Assembly (NCBI GenBank): GCA_034667685.1
Contig: JAXDQU010000079.1
Location: 44,107 to 108,106, forward strand
Direction: 5' to 3'
DNA length: 64,000 bases
Source of the DNA: Thermoplasmata archaeon
GTDB lineage: Archaea; Thermoplasmatota; SW-10-69-26; JACQPN01; JAJPHT01
Positions 1 through 8,683 of this stretch are shown here, piece by piece. A program made the translations under genes and the position numbers. Within the stretch, counting starts at the first letter, position 1, and every line of letters begins with the position of its first letter. A model generated the notes under the pieces. It was not told where the DNA came from and did not search any database. It saw nothing but the letters and a program-made list of their open reading frames with translations.

Positions 1-627
1 GAGCAGGATGACGCCCTTCAGGCCGACGAACTCGGGGGCGCGGACCGCGGCGCTGCGCTCCAGGTAGGCCGTTTCCGCCGTCGCGGGCGTGCCGCCGCAT
101 TCCTCCTCGATGGCCGCCTTCGCCGTCACGGCGGTCGGGTTGCCCGAGGGGGAGAGCGCGGTCGCGCCGGCCCACGTCTCGTGGAGCATCGCGAGCCCCT
201 CGTTGTCGACCCAGTACGTGAAGACGCCCGGCATGTCGGCGAGCACCATGCCCGCGACGGCCGTGCCCATGCTCACGCTGTAGAGGATCGCGTGGTCGAA
301 GCCGTACGTCGCCAGGAGGTCGCGCGTCGCGGCCTCGGTCTGGTCGGCGCCGGCGCGCAGCGGGAAGGCGCTCGCGGGGCCGAAGTCCATGGCGACCGCG
401 ACGTACCCCTCGTCCGCGAGGCGCTGGAGGTGCGCGTCGTGGTCCACCGCCTGGTGCGCGTAGCCGTGCGCGATCACCACGAGGCCCAACGGCGCGCCGA
501 CGGGCACCGCGAGACGGCCGTGCGCGCCCCCGACGAAGTAGTCCGAGACGCCCGCCGCGGGCGCGCCGGCATGGAGCGCGGGCACCAGGAGGACGAGGGC
601 GATCGCGGCGGCGGGGGCGGCGCGCAT
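1..627 (-). CDS. Secreted alpha/beta-hydrolase-fold protein (partial, runs off window start)
   Basis: ATG at 627; signal-like [23 protein letters not shown] motif, [13 protein letters not shown], nucleophile-elbow-like YSVSMG; absent from ORF track because it is truncated. Confidence 0.65.
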   Translation of the reverse strand, partial: MRAAPAAAIALVLLVPALHAGAPAAGVSDYFVGGAHGRLAVPVGAPLGLVVIAHGYAHQAVDHDAHLQRLADEGYVAVAMDFGPASAFPLRAGADQTEAATRDLLATYGFDHAILYSVSMGTAVAGMVLADMPGVFTYWVDNEGLAMLHETWAGATALSPSGNPTAVTAKAAIEEECGGTPATAETAYLERSAAVRAPEFVGLKGVILL

Positions 628-671
628 GGGCGCGCAGCCGGGGCTCCGGCCTTGAGTCGTTTCGTGGCAGC

Positions 672-1436
672 CTAGTCGGAAGCGCCGCGCGCCGGCTTGC
701 GCGCATACTCGAGGATCGCCTTGACGACGACGGGCAGGACGATGACGCAGAGCGTGACGGCGACGCTCACGATGCGCTCGATGTGCTCGTCCACGAGCGG
801 CGCGCCCTTCCACATCTCCCAGGCCGTGAGCACGAGGAGCTTGAGGCCGACGTAGCCCACCGCCACGTAGGCGAGGCTCTCCAGCGCGGGGAACCAGTCC
901 ATCAGCCTGCCCACGTAGTACGCCGCGATCCGCAGCAGCAGGATGCCCGTGAACGAGGCGGCGATGATGATGAGGACCTTCTGCGAGAGAGCGACCGCCA
1001 CGAGCACCTGGTCGAGCGCGAAGGCGAGGTCGGCCAGCTCCACGGCCACCACGAGGCTCCAGAACGCCGAGAGGAAGAGCCACCGCTTCTGGCTGAAGGT
1101 CGGCGCCTCGTGCCCCGGCGCGCCCCCTTCGTGCTTGCGGATGTTGACGAAGTGGCTCCCGCAGAGGTAGAGCAGGTAGCCGCCGCCGATGAGCTTCAGG
1201 ACGGGGTACTGGATGATCACGCTCGCGAAGAGGATGACCGTCGCGCGGAGCACGTACGCGCCGCCCAGGCCGTAGAGGAGCGCCTTGCGCCGCTGCTCCT
1301 CGGGGAGCCGGCGGACCATCGCCGCCAGGATCGCGGCGTTGTCGAACGACAACACGCCCTCCAGGAAGAGGAGCGTGAAGTACACCACGAGGTCCACGGG
1401 CTCGAACTGGTACGACGTGATGAATTCGAAGACCAT
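672..1436 (-). CDS. TerC/Alx family integral membrane protein
   Basis: [11 protein letters not shown] and [12 protein letters not shown] motifs, multiple TM segments. Confidence 0.85.
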   Translation of the reverse strand: MVFEFITSYQFEPVDLVVYFTLLFLEGVLSFDNAAILAAMVRRLPEEQRRKALLYGLGGAYVLRATVILFASVIIQYPVLKLIGGGYLLYLCGSHFVNIRKHEGGAPGHEAPTFSQKRWLFLSAFWSLVVAVELADLAFALDQVLVAVALSQKVLIIIAASFTGILLLRIAAYYVGRLMDWFPALESLAYVAVGYVGLKLLVLTAWEMWKGAPLVDEHIERIVSVAVTLCVIVLPVVVKAILEYARKPARGASD

Positions 1437-1510
1437 TCAGGCCAAGCTCGGGAGGAGGCTGCACCCTGCAAAGCCGCTGATAAGCTTGCCTGGAAGGTTC
1501 CCAGCGCCTC

Positions 1511-1609
1511 CGGCGAAGGGAACTGGGGAAGAAGGGAAGGCGAGGGAAGAAGGGAGCCTTGCAATGGGGCCCTTCTTCCCTCCGCTTCCCTTCTTCCCCA
1601 GTTCCGCCG
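1511..1609. repeat. Intergenic palindrome built of ~9-nt GGGAAGAAG-like tandem units
   Basis: GGAACTGGGGAAGAAGGGAAG...CTTCCCTTCTTCCCCAGTTCC inverted arms. Confidence 0.85.
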
Positions 1610-1640
1610 CTTCCCTTCGGCGGGCTCCCCCCGCCTCCCC

Positions 1641-1656
1641 GCGAATCGTTATATGG
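1641..1656 (+). promoter_or_regulatory. Probable BRE/TATA box for rps10
   Basis: GAATCGTTATATG, an AT-rich island ~140 nt upstream of the rps10 ATG. Confidence 0.5.
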
Positions 1657-1790
1657 GGGTCCTGGCATCGCCGCGGCAGCGCGAGCACGCGCGTCCCCGG
1701 ACGCACGGCGCGGTGAAGACCCCTCGGGGCCCCATCCCGCGCACGACGCCCCGAGCCCCGGACGCGGGACCTCGCGCCGAAGGAATCGTC

Positions 1791-2102
1791 ATGGCTCACA
1801 CCGCCCGCATCAGCCTCGCCGGCAACGACCCCAAGAAGATCGACGGCGTCGCAGGCCAGATCAAGACCATCGCGGAGCGCACCGGCGTCCGCATCGCCGG
1901 CCCAATCCCGCTCCCGACGCGCCGCCTCAACATCCCCGTCCGCAAGGCGCCCAACGGCTCCGGCTCGGAGACGTACGACCACTGGGAGATGCGCATCCAC
2001 AAGCGCCTCATCGACATCGACGCGGACGAGCGCGCCCTGCGCCAGCTCATGCGCATCCAGGTCCCCGACTCGGTGAACATCGAGATCGTTCTGAGGACCT
2101 GA
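1791..2102 (+). CDS. rps10: 30S ribosomal protein uS10 (archaeal type)
   Basis: [11 protein letters not shown]...GPIPLPT...[26 protein letters not shown]...VNIEIVLRT. Confidence 0.96.
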   Translation: MAHTARISLAGNDPKKIDGVAGQIKTIAERTGVRIAGPIPLPTRRLNIPVRKAPNGSGSETYDHWEMRIHKRLIDIDADERALRQLMRIQVPDSVNIEIVLRT

Positions 2103-2180
2103 GCCGCAGCGAAGGCCGAAGAACGGTCTCGATAGGCCGGACCGAAGTCCGGCCGTGTCGAGATCGTCCTGCGCACCTGA
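2079..2180 (+). mobile_element. Mini hairpin insert duplicating the rps10 3' end
   Basis: ATCGAGATCGTTCTGAGGACCTGA (2079-2102), inverted partial copy (2120-2133), hairpin GGCCGGACCGAAGTCCGGCC, second copy GTCGAGATCGTCCTGCGCACCTGA (2157-2180). Confidence 0.7.
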
Positions 2181-2192
2181 AATCCCATGCTC

Positions 2193-2321
2193 GGGTCCGG
2201 CTGGGGCTCCGCCCCAGACCCCGCGATGCGGAGCGCGCGGAGACAGCCTGACACATTCACCTCGTCCGTCGCGGCCTCCGCGCGCCTCGCATCGCGGTCC
2301 AGGGCGGAGCCCTGGCTGCCC
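2193..2321. repeat. Composite palindrome: two inverted REP-like hairpins flanking a CCGCGATGCG...CGCATCGCGG stem
   Basis: CTGGGGCTCCGCCCCAG at 2201 and CCAGGGCGGAGCCCTGG at 2299; inner stem resembles the 15176 and 32821 elements. Confidence 0.7.
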
Positions 2322-2434
2322 GTCTGGACGCCGGCCCTGCGCTCCATTCTTCATCTCCCCTGTCGATTCCCGCCGAGTCGGACGAGGGACGTGAGGCGAC
2401 ATTTCATATCGAGGACGCGACGCACTTCCGCCGC

Positions 2435-2644
2435 ATGGCCGACCTGCGCGCCTTCCTGGGAAGCAAGTGCCCCTCCTGCCGGAACGACATCCTCCAGCCG
2501 GAGCCGAGCACGAACCGCATGCCCGGCCCGGCGCGCGCCTGGTGCCCTTCGTGCCACGCAAGCCTGAGCGCGGAGGAGCTGGCGGCCGGTCCCCGGCGCG
2601 GCGGCTTGCTCAAGCGCCTCTTCTCCAAGCCGTCGCGGACATAA
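2435..2644 (+). CDS. Small Zn-ribbon protein
   Basis: Two CPSC motifs, basic C-terminus, TTTCATAT box ~30 nt upstream. Confidence 0.65.
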   Translation: MADLRAFLGSKCPSCRNDILQPEPSTNRMPGPARAWCPSCHASLSAEELAAGPRRGGLLKRLFSKPSRT

Positions 2645-2681
2645 CGATAGATTTTCCCGCCCGGCCGGGGCTGCGCGCGCC

Positions 2682-3254
2682 ATGAGCCGCGTCGCCTTGC
2701 TGCGTGCCGGGTATGCGGCGTTCTGCGTCGCGTTCCTCGCCGTGGCCGTGACCATCCAGGGCGTGGGCGTCGCGTTCTTCCTCGGCCTGCTCGCCGCGCT
2801 GGCCGCGGGCTTCCTCCTGGCCTTCTCGCGGGACGAGCTTCCCAAGTGGGCCGGGCTCGCGCTCCTGGCGTACTTCGGCCTCACGATCCTCGCGTTCCTC
2901 GCCGCCACGCCCGTCACGATCGACAAGGGCGGGGGATACTTCGTGAACGACAAGCCCTCCGCGACGTTCCAGGCCGTCTCGGGCTACCTGGTGCTCGCGT
3001 TCCCGATCATGCTCGGCGGCGCCGCGCTGGCGGCTGCGTGGGAGCGCGAGCGCGGGCCCAAGACACTGCTCTTCGCGGCGCTCGCGGCCTCCGTGGTCTG
3101 GGCGGTCCTCTCCTTCGCCCTCCTGCCGCCCAGCGCGCAGGCCACCGCCGCGCAATCGCAGAACCACCTGCTCGACCTTCTCGCCATCGTCGCGTGCCTC
3201 GTGGGCGCGGCGGGCGCGCTCTGGGCCGCGCTGCGCCCCGACGAGTACGCATGA
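2682..3254 (+). CDS. Hypothetical multi-pass membrane protein
   Basis: 190 aa, about 6 hydrophobic helices, host codon usage. Confidence 0.75.
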   Translation: MSRVALLRAGYAAFCVAFLAVAVTIQGVGVAFFLGLLAALAAGFLLAFSRDELPKWAGLALLAYFGLTILAFLAATPVTIDKGGGYFVNDKPSATFQAVSGYLVLAFPIMLGGAALAAAWERERGPKTLLFAALAASVVWAVLSFALLPPSAQATAAQSQNHLLDLLAIVACLVGAAGALWAALRPDEYA

Positions 3255-3814
3255 TCGCGATCGTGCTCTACGAGGGCGCGAGCGCCTTCGAGGCCCTGGG
3301 CGCGCTGGCCGCGCTCCGCGCCGCGGACGAGCCCGCGAGGCTCGTGGCCGCCGAGGCGCTCGTGCCCACGCGCGAGGGGGCGCGCCTCGTCCCGCACGCC
3401 TTGGGCTACGACGCGCTCGCCGAGGCGCCGGCGGTCGTGCTTCCGGGCGGCGACGTCGCGAAGCCGCTCGCCGACGCCGCGCTCCTGCGCGCGCTCCGCG
3501 CCCGCCGCGGCCGCTGGCTCCTCACCTCGGGGGACGCGCTGCGCCTCGCCGCCGCCGCGGGGTACGCCGAAGGCCGCCGCGTCGCGACGCTCCCGGGCGA
3601 GCCCGTGCTCTCCGGCACGCACGGCGTGGGATCGCGCCTGGTCGCCGACGGCCGTCTCCTGACGTGCTTTCCCGGCGATCCGCTCGTCGACCTCGTCCTC
3701 CACTGGGTCGAGCGCGAGCGCGGAAGCCCTGCCGCCGCGCGCGCCGCGCATGCCCTCGGGCGCGAGCTGCGCACGTTCGCGGAAGGCGCGAAGGATGATG
3801 CGCCCGCGGCCTGA
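3251..3814 (+). CDS. DJ-1/PfpI family protein (catalytic Cys apparently absent)
   Basis: MIAIVLYEG, VVLPGG, LVADGRLLT; LLTSGDA where the family has xCxG; ATGA overlap with upstream gene. Confidence 0.7.
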   Translation: MIAIVLYEGASAFEALGALAALRAADEPARLVAAEALVPTREGARLVPHALGYDALAEAPAVVLPGGDVAKPLADAALLRALRARRGRWLLTSGDALRLAAAAGYAEGRRVATLPGEPVLSGTHGVGSRLVADGRLLTCFPGDPLVDLVLHWVERERGSPAAARAAHALGRELRTFAEGAKDDAPAA

Positions 3815-3823
3815 TGGCGCCGC

Positions 3824-4279
3824 ATGCCCGTCGACGACCAGATCATGAAGACGCTCCACATCCCCAGGGAGGAGGCGCCCGTCGCGCGCTTGATCGGGAT
3901 GCGCCTCGCGAGCGCGGGCCCGGGCCTCGCGACCTTCGTGCTCGACGTCGACGCGCGCCACCACAACCCGATGGGCAGCGTCCATGGCGGCGTGCTCGCG
4001 GACCTCGCGGACGCGGCGATGGGCTACGCCGTGATCTCGACGCTGGCGGAGGACGAGACGTTCACGACGCTGGAGATCAAGATCAACTTCCTGCGCCCCG
4101 CGTTCGAAGGGCGGCTGCGCTGCCACGCGAAGGTCGAGAGCCGCGGCAAGACGATCGTGTACGCGACGGCGGACGTGCTCAACGACGAGGGCAAGGTCGT
4201 CGCGAAGGCCGTGGGCACCAACCTCGTGCAGAAGCGGCCCGGCGCGACCGACGCGTTCCACCACCGGCCGCGCGGCTGA
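3824..4279 (+). CDS. PaaI family hotdog thioesterase
   Basis: HHNPMGSVHGGVLADLADAAMG, TLEIKINFLRP. Confidence 0.92.
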   Translation: MPVDDQIMKTLHIPREEAPVARLIGMRLASAGPGLATFVLDVDARHHNPMGSVHGGVLADLADAAMGYAVISTLAEDETFTTLEIKINFLRPAFEGRLRCHAKVESRGKTIVYATADVLNDEGKVVAKAVGTNLVQKRPGATDAFHHRPRG

Positions 4280-4282
4280 GTA

Positions 4283-4312
4283 GGGCCACAAAAGTATAAG
4301 GAACGGGCCACA
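4283..4312 (+). promoter_or_regulatory. TA promoter/operator: TATA-like box between GGGCCACA direct repeats
   Basis: GGGCCACA-AAAGTATAAGGAAC-GGGCCACA, repeats 22 bp apart. Confidence 0.5.
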
Positions 4313-4323
4313 GGCTCGAAGCC

Positions 4324-4596
4324 ATGCCGCGCGCGGCGACCTCCGGAGGAGATTCAAGCCAACCTCGTCGGCCGAGGAAGGACGTGGCCAGCGTCATGAA
4401 GAAGGTCCGCGTCACGCCGCAGGAGGCGCGCACCCTCGCCCGCCTCGCGAAGCGCCAACGGAAGACGGAGAGCCAGGTCCTGCGCGAGGCGCTCGCGCGC
4501 GCGGACCTGCTGCAACGGCGCGCTGAGGCCGTCGAGAAGCTCATCGCCATGATCGAGGACCCCAAGCCCAAGCGCGTGCCGTGGGGCCTCCGATGA
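4324..4596 (+). CDS. Ribbon-helix-helix (CopG-like) antitoxin; start may be 4384 or 4396
   Basis: KKVRVTPQEARTLARLAKRQRKTESQVLREAL; ATGA overlap with PIN gene. Confidence 0.75.
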   Translation: MPRAATSGGDSSQPRRPRKDVASVMKKVRVTPQEARTLARLAKRQRKTESQVLREALARADLLQRRAEAVEKLIAMIEDPKPKRVPWGLR

Positions 4597-4958
4597 GGAT
4601 CGTGCTCGACACGGGCGTGTTCTTCCGTCCCGCCGTGCTGCGCGAGCTGGCCGCCGCCGAGGACGCGGACGTCGTCGTGCCCGCGGTCGTGCTCGCCGAG
4701 CGCAGGCGGCAGCTCGCGCTCGCGGGCCGGCGCCCCGAGGAGCTGCTGGAGATCCTGGAGGGCAACGGCTTCGCGATCGAGCCCTTGGGCCGCGACGAGG
4801 CGATGCGCGTTCCGCTCGCCGACGACGCGCGGTGGCGCCGGCACGCGCGCGACGCCCTCATCGCCTCGCACGTGGGACCGGTCGACGTGCTCTGGACGAC
4901 GAACCCGCGCGACTTCCTCGCGTTCGGGCTCGCGCCGGCGCAGGTGCGCGGCGTCTAG
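4593..4958 (+). CDS. PIN-domain (VapC-like) toxin
   Basis: MRIVLDTGV, VLAE, DALIA, TTNPRDF. Confidence 0.88.
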   Translation: MRIVLDTGVFFRPAVLRELAAAEDADVVVPAVVLAERRRQLALAGRRPEELLEILEGNGFAIEPLGRDEAMRVPLADDARWRRHARDALIASHVGPVDVLWTTNPRDFLAFGLAPAQVRGV

Positions 4959-5195
4959 AACCAGGTTCATGACCTCCTCGGTTGCTGCGAGGTTTTTCTT
5001 TTCATTTTCTGCGTGGCGCTCCGCTTTCCGCCATCACGCCAAGACGCCAACAGACCGCGTGTTGGCGTCTTGGCGTGATGACGGCAAGGGGAGCCGTGGC
5101 CCATCAGGCATTCCTCGCCGCGGAAGGGCGGACGTCGGGCGCAACCACGGGGGAATCCTGCGCGACTGCGACAGAGGTTGTGAAACAGATTCTAG
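4955..5195. mobile_element. MITE-like element, copy A
   Basis: CTAG at both ends, imperfect TIRs (AACCAGGTTCA / TGAAACAGATT), homologous to the reverse complement of 57510-57692. Confidence 0.8.
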
Positions 5196-5410
5196 TCCGC
5201 CTTGTCGTCGCCGCGCGGCTTTGGCTCGCGGTTGCTGACGTTCTCGGGCCGCGCGCCGTAGCGGCCGGCGTGCGCGCTGCCCTGCGAGCGGCCCACGACG
5301 CCGCCGCCCGCCTTGTCGTCGCCGCGCGGCTCCTCGACGCCAGCCATCGTGGACTCGTTGCGCGCCTCCAGGTCCTCGAAGCCCCGGAACGAGTCGTCCG
5401 CCGGGCGCAA
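5192..5410 (-). CDS. Small hydrophilic protein with PRGDDKA repeat
   Basis: 72 aa ORF directly downstream of the methyltransferase; internal ~24-bp direct repeat. Confidence 0.45.
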   Translation of the reverse strand: MRPADDSFRGFEDLEARNESTMAGVEEPRGDDKAGGGVVGRSQGSAHAGRYGARPENVSNREPKPRGDDKAD

Positions 5411-5431
5411 GGCTTGCGGCCGATGCCTCGT

Positions 5432-6016
5432 TCAGAGCCGGCCGACGCGGGCGTGCCAGGCACGCGCCCCACCCTCGTGCATGCGCGAGAGGAAGCGCGC
5501 CGGCTCGACGGACTCCACGCGCCAGCCCTCGCGGAACGCCTGGTCGATCTCCTCGCGGCGGATCCTGCGCGGCCCGAGCGGGCCGGGCTCGGCGTCGCTG
5601 AAGCAGAGCAGGAGGAGCCTGCCGCCGGGCGCCAGCGCGTCGTGGAGGCTGCGCACGTATCGCGCGCGCTCCGCGTCGTCGAACACGTGGAAGAGGCCCG
5701 CGTCGACCGCGATATCAAAGTGCTGGTCGAGGCGCGCGAGGTCCAGCGCGTCGCCCACGACGAAGCGCGCCGCGAGCCCCCGCGCGGCGGCCTTGGCGCG
5801 CGCCTGCGCGATGGCGAGGTCGACGCCGTCCACGCCCCACGCCTCGTGCCCAAGCTGGGCGAGGAGCGCATGCTCGCCCGTGCCGCAGCCCACGTCGAGG
5901 ACGCGCTGGCGCGGCGGGAGCGCGCGCAGGTCGGCGGCGAGCGCGGGCTGCGGCGCGCCGATGTCCCAGGGCGCGCCGCCCGACTCGTAGGCGGGGCGGA
6001 ACCGGTCCACGCTCAC
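5432..6016 (-). CDS. Class I SAM-dependent methyltransferase
   Basis: PWDIGAPQP, VLDVGCGTGE, DAGLFHVF; GTG start overlaps elp3 stop. Confidence 0.9.
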   Translation of the reverse strand: MSVDRFRPAYESGGAPWDIGAPQPALAADLRALPPRQRVLDVGCGTGEHALLAQLGHEAWGVDGVDLAIAQARAKAAARGLAARFVVGDALDLARLDQHFDIAVDAGLFHVFDDAERARYVRSLHDALAPGGRLLLLCFSDAEPGPLGPRRIRREEIDQAFREGWRVESVEPARFLSRMHEGGARAWHARVGRL

Positions 6017-7587
6017 ACGTCCTTCGCCATGTAGGGGCCCAGACGCGCGTAGCCGAGCTTGGCGTAGTAGGGTCGCACGCCCACGCCCGCGGTGACGACG
6101 ACGCGGCGCTTGCCAAGCTCGCGCGCCAGGTCCTCGGACTCGCGCACGAGCCGCGCGCCGTGCCCCTGGTGCTGATGGAATCCCTCGGGGTGCTCGCCCA
6201 GCGGTACCTCGCTGCCGAAGACCTTCAGCTCGCGCAGGAGCAGCGCGCCGCGGCACTCCTCGCGGTGGGCCGCGGGGCTGGGCTCGCGCAGCCGCACGAA
6301 GCCCGCGATGATGTCGTTCTGCTCGTCCTCCAGCGCGAGGAAGCGCTCGCGGCCGCCCGCGCTCGCGTAGTCGCGCCGGACGAGGCTTAGCGTCCCGACG
6401 CGCCGGCCCTCCTTGTTCTCGACGTGGCCCGCCTCGCGGCAGCGGATGCAGCGGCAGCGCGTGCCCCGCTTCGCCATCTCGGCGTGCACCAGCTCGCGCA
6501 GGTTGAGCTTCTTGACGCCCGCCTCGATGCGCGGCGTCGGGATGTCGCGGTCGATGCGCTGGATGCGCATCCACGGCGGGCACTCGGCCTTCGCCTCCGC
6601 GAGCAGGTCGACGCACTCGGCCTCCTCCAGCGCCCGGAACTTGCCGGCGGCCCAGAGCTTGTGGAGCGGCGTGCCGGGGATCACGAGTGTCGGGTAGATC
6701 TTCAGCATGTCCGGCGCGAAGCGCGGGTCGGAGAACATCGCGCGCAGCGTCGCGAGGTCCATCTCGCGCGTGCTGCCCGGCTGGCCGGGCATGACGTGCG
6801 CGCAGAGCTTCAGCCCCGCGTCCTTGACCGCCTGGAAGCTCTCCACGGTCTCCTTCATCGTGTGGCCGCGGTGCGTGATCTTCAGCACGTGGTCGTCGAT
6901 CGTCTGCACGCCGATCTCCAGGCGCGTGCAGCCCAGCGAGAGCGCGTGGTCGACGTGGGGCGCCAGCGCCCAGTCGGGCTTCGTCTCCAGCGTCAGGCCG
7001 ATCATCCGCGCGGGCGCCGACTCGTTGCGCGCCTGCGCCTCGGCCAAGGTGGCGCTCGGCTCGCCCCCGTTGAGCGCGTCGAGCGCCCGCCGCACGAACC
7101 ACGATTGATAACTCGGGTCGCGCGCGGTGAACGTGCCGCCCTGGACGATCATGTCCACCTTGTCGATGGGGTGGCCCGTCTTCGTCAGGTCGGCGAGCCG
7201 CGCCGCGGTCTGGTCGTGCGGGTCGAAGCCGTGCCGGGCCGCGCGGCGGGCGGCGGGCTCGTCGCCGGTGTAGGATTGCGCGGTGCCGAACTCGGGCCCG
7301 CCCGGACAATAGACGCACTTCCCGTGCGGGCACGCCTCGGGGCTCGATTGGATGGTGACGATCGTGACGCCGCTGATGCTGCGCGTGGGCCGGATGCGCA
7401 GGGCCGGCTCGACGCGGCGGCGCTCCTCCACGGTCGCGTGCGCCAGGATGTCGGCGTTGGTGGGCAGGTGGTCGACGCGAAGCTCGGCGGCGAGGCGGAG
7501 CTTCTCGTTCTGGACGTCGGCGCGGCGGAGCCGGCCCGCGAGGATGCCCTCGACGATCAGCCGAGCGAGGGCCTGCTGCGCTTCCAC
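6013..7587 (-). CDS. elp3: tRNA uridine(34) acetyltransferase Elp3 (radical SAM + GNAT)
   Basis: CPHGKCVYCPGG, QSYTGDEP, LKIYPTLV, RIQRIDRDIP, CRCIRCRE, QHQGHG. Confidence 0.95.
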   Translation of the reverse strand: MEAQQALARLIVEGILAGRLRRADVQNEKLRLAAELRVDHLPTNADILAHATVEERRRVEPALRIRPTRSISGVTIVTIQSSPEACPHGKCVYCPGGPEFGTAQSYTGDEPAARRAARHGFDPHDQTAARLADLTKTGHPIDKVDMIVQGGTFTARDPSYQSWFVRRALDALNGGEPSATLAEAQARNESAPARMIGLTLETKPDWALAPHVDHALSLGCTRLEIGVQTIDDHVLKITHRGHTMKETVESFQAVKDAGLKLCAHVMPGQPGSTREMDLATLRAMFSDPRFAPDMLKIYPTLVIPGTPLHKLWAAGKFRALEEAECVDLLAEAKAECPPWMRIQRIDRDIPTPRIEAGVKKLNLRELVHAEMAKRGTRCRCIRCREAGHVENKEGRRVGTLSLVRRDYASAGGRERFLALEDEQNDIIAGFVRLREPSPAAHREECRGALLLRELKVFGSEVPLGEHPEGFHQHQGHGARLVRESEDLARELGKRRVVVTAGVGVRPYYAKLGYARLGPYMAKDV

Positions 7588-7647
7588 GCCGCGCCCAGGC
7601 CGTTCCTGCCAGAAAAGGTATGCTGCCGCGCCGGGAAGGACGCCACG

Positions 7648-7935
7648 ATGCGCGACGTCGGCGTGGACGAGATCCGAGGCATGAGCGTGCTCGACCGCAA
7701 CGGGATGCGCCTGGGCCACGTCAAGGACGTGACCTTCGATCCCGAGGCGTGGCGCGTCACCGGCCTGCGCGTCGGGCTCGACCGCGAGGCCGCCGACCGC
7801 CTGCGCGTGCCCCATGCGCCGTTGCGGGGCGCGGAGCTGACGTTCGCGGCCGATCGCGTGCGCAGCGTCGGCGACGCCGTCATCCTCAACGTGGACGAGC
7901 GGGGCATCGCCGACCTGATGATGCGCGGGTCCTAG
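7648..7935 (+). CDS. PRC-barrel domain protein
   Basis: GMSVLDRNGMRLGHVKDVTFD...VRSVGDAVIL. Confidence 0.85.
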   Translation: MRDVGVDEIRGMSVLDRNGMRLGHVKDVTFDPEAWRVTGLRVGLDREAADRLRVPHAPLRGAELTFAADRVRSVGDAVILNVDERGIADLMMRGS

Positions 7936-8597
7936 GCAAGGGGCCCCAGCGACTCCGCGAAGCCGCGCGAGAGCGTCTCCACGAGCTTCTCGCGCGAGAC
8001 GCGCACGCCCTCCTCCGCGAGGCTCGTGACGCGCGTCGTGATATCGCCAGGAGGCGTGCGGAAGAGCCGCGCCATGCGGTCCTCGTCGCGCTCCACGATG
8101 ACCGTGCCGTGCTGGAGGAGCGCCTTGCCGTCGCGCCGCTGCGCCCCGCCGCTGATCTTGCGCCCGTTCACCACGACGTTCGTCCCCTGCCTGCGCACGT
8201 AGCAGAGCGTCTCGCGCGTGTTGTCGGGCACCGTCTCGATCTGCGCGGGGAGGCCCAGGTGCCGCAGCGCGCGCACCACGCCGTCCGACACGAACGCGAA
8301 CGAGCCGGTGATATCACGGGGGAGCCCCGGGTGGTCGAGCGGCAGCACGACGGCGTACGTGACCTCGCTCTCGTTGTGCAGGATCGCGCCCCCGCCCGTC
8401 GCGCGGCGCACGACGTCGAGCCCCCAGGCGCGCGCGGCGTCGAGGTCGACGTCGGCCTCCGTCTGCGAGCGCCCCAGGCTCACCGCGGCCGGGCGCCAGC
8501 CGTACAGGCGCACCGTCGGCGCGCCCTCCGCGAGCAGCGCCTCGTCGCGCGCCATGTTCTCCCGCGCAGGAAGGGGGGCGTCCAGGAGGAGGCGCAT
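7932..8597 (-). CDS. Lipoate-protein ligase / octanoyltransferase (LplA/LipM family)
   Basis: NMARDEALL, VVRRATGGGAILH, RKISGGAQRR, LLQHGT. Confidence 0.92.
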   Translation of the reverse strand: MRLLLDAPLPARENMARDEALLAEGAPTVRLYGWRPAAVSLGRSQTEADVDLDAARAWGLDVVRRATGGGAILHNESEVTYAVVLPLDHPGLPRDITGSFAFVSDGVVRALRHLGLPAQIETVPDNTRETLCYVRRQGTNVVVNGRKISGGAQRRDGKALLQHGTVIVERDEDRMARLFRTPPGDITTRVTSLAEEGVRVSREKLVETLSRGFAESLGPLA

Positions 8598-8683
8598 GCG
8601 GGCCCACGAGGCGGGTCCGACCAAGAAGTTTCCTCAAGCCCGGCCACCAGAACGGCCAAGAGCGCGCACCTTGTGGCACGGAC

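Noticed and set aside
2079-2180. Diversity-generating retroelement TR/VR pair
   Set aside because: Copies are short, differences are mostly synonymous rather than adenine-specific, and no reverse transcriptase is in the window.
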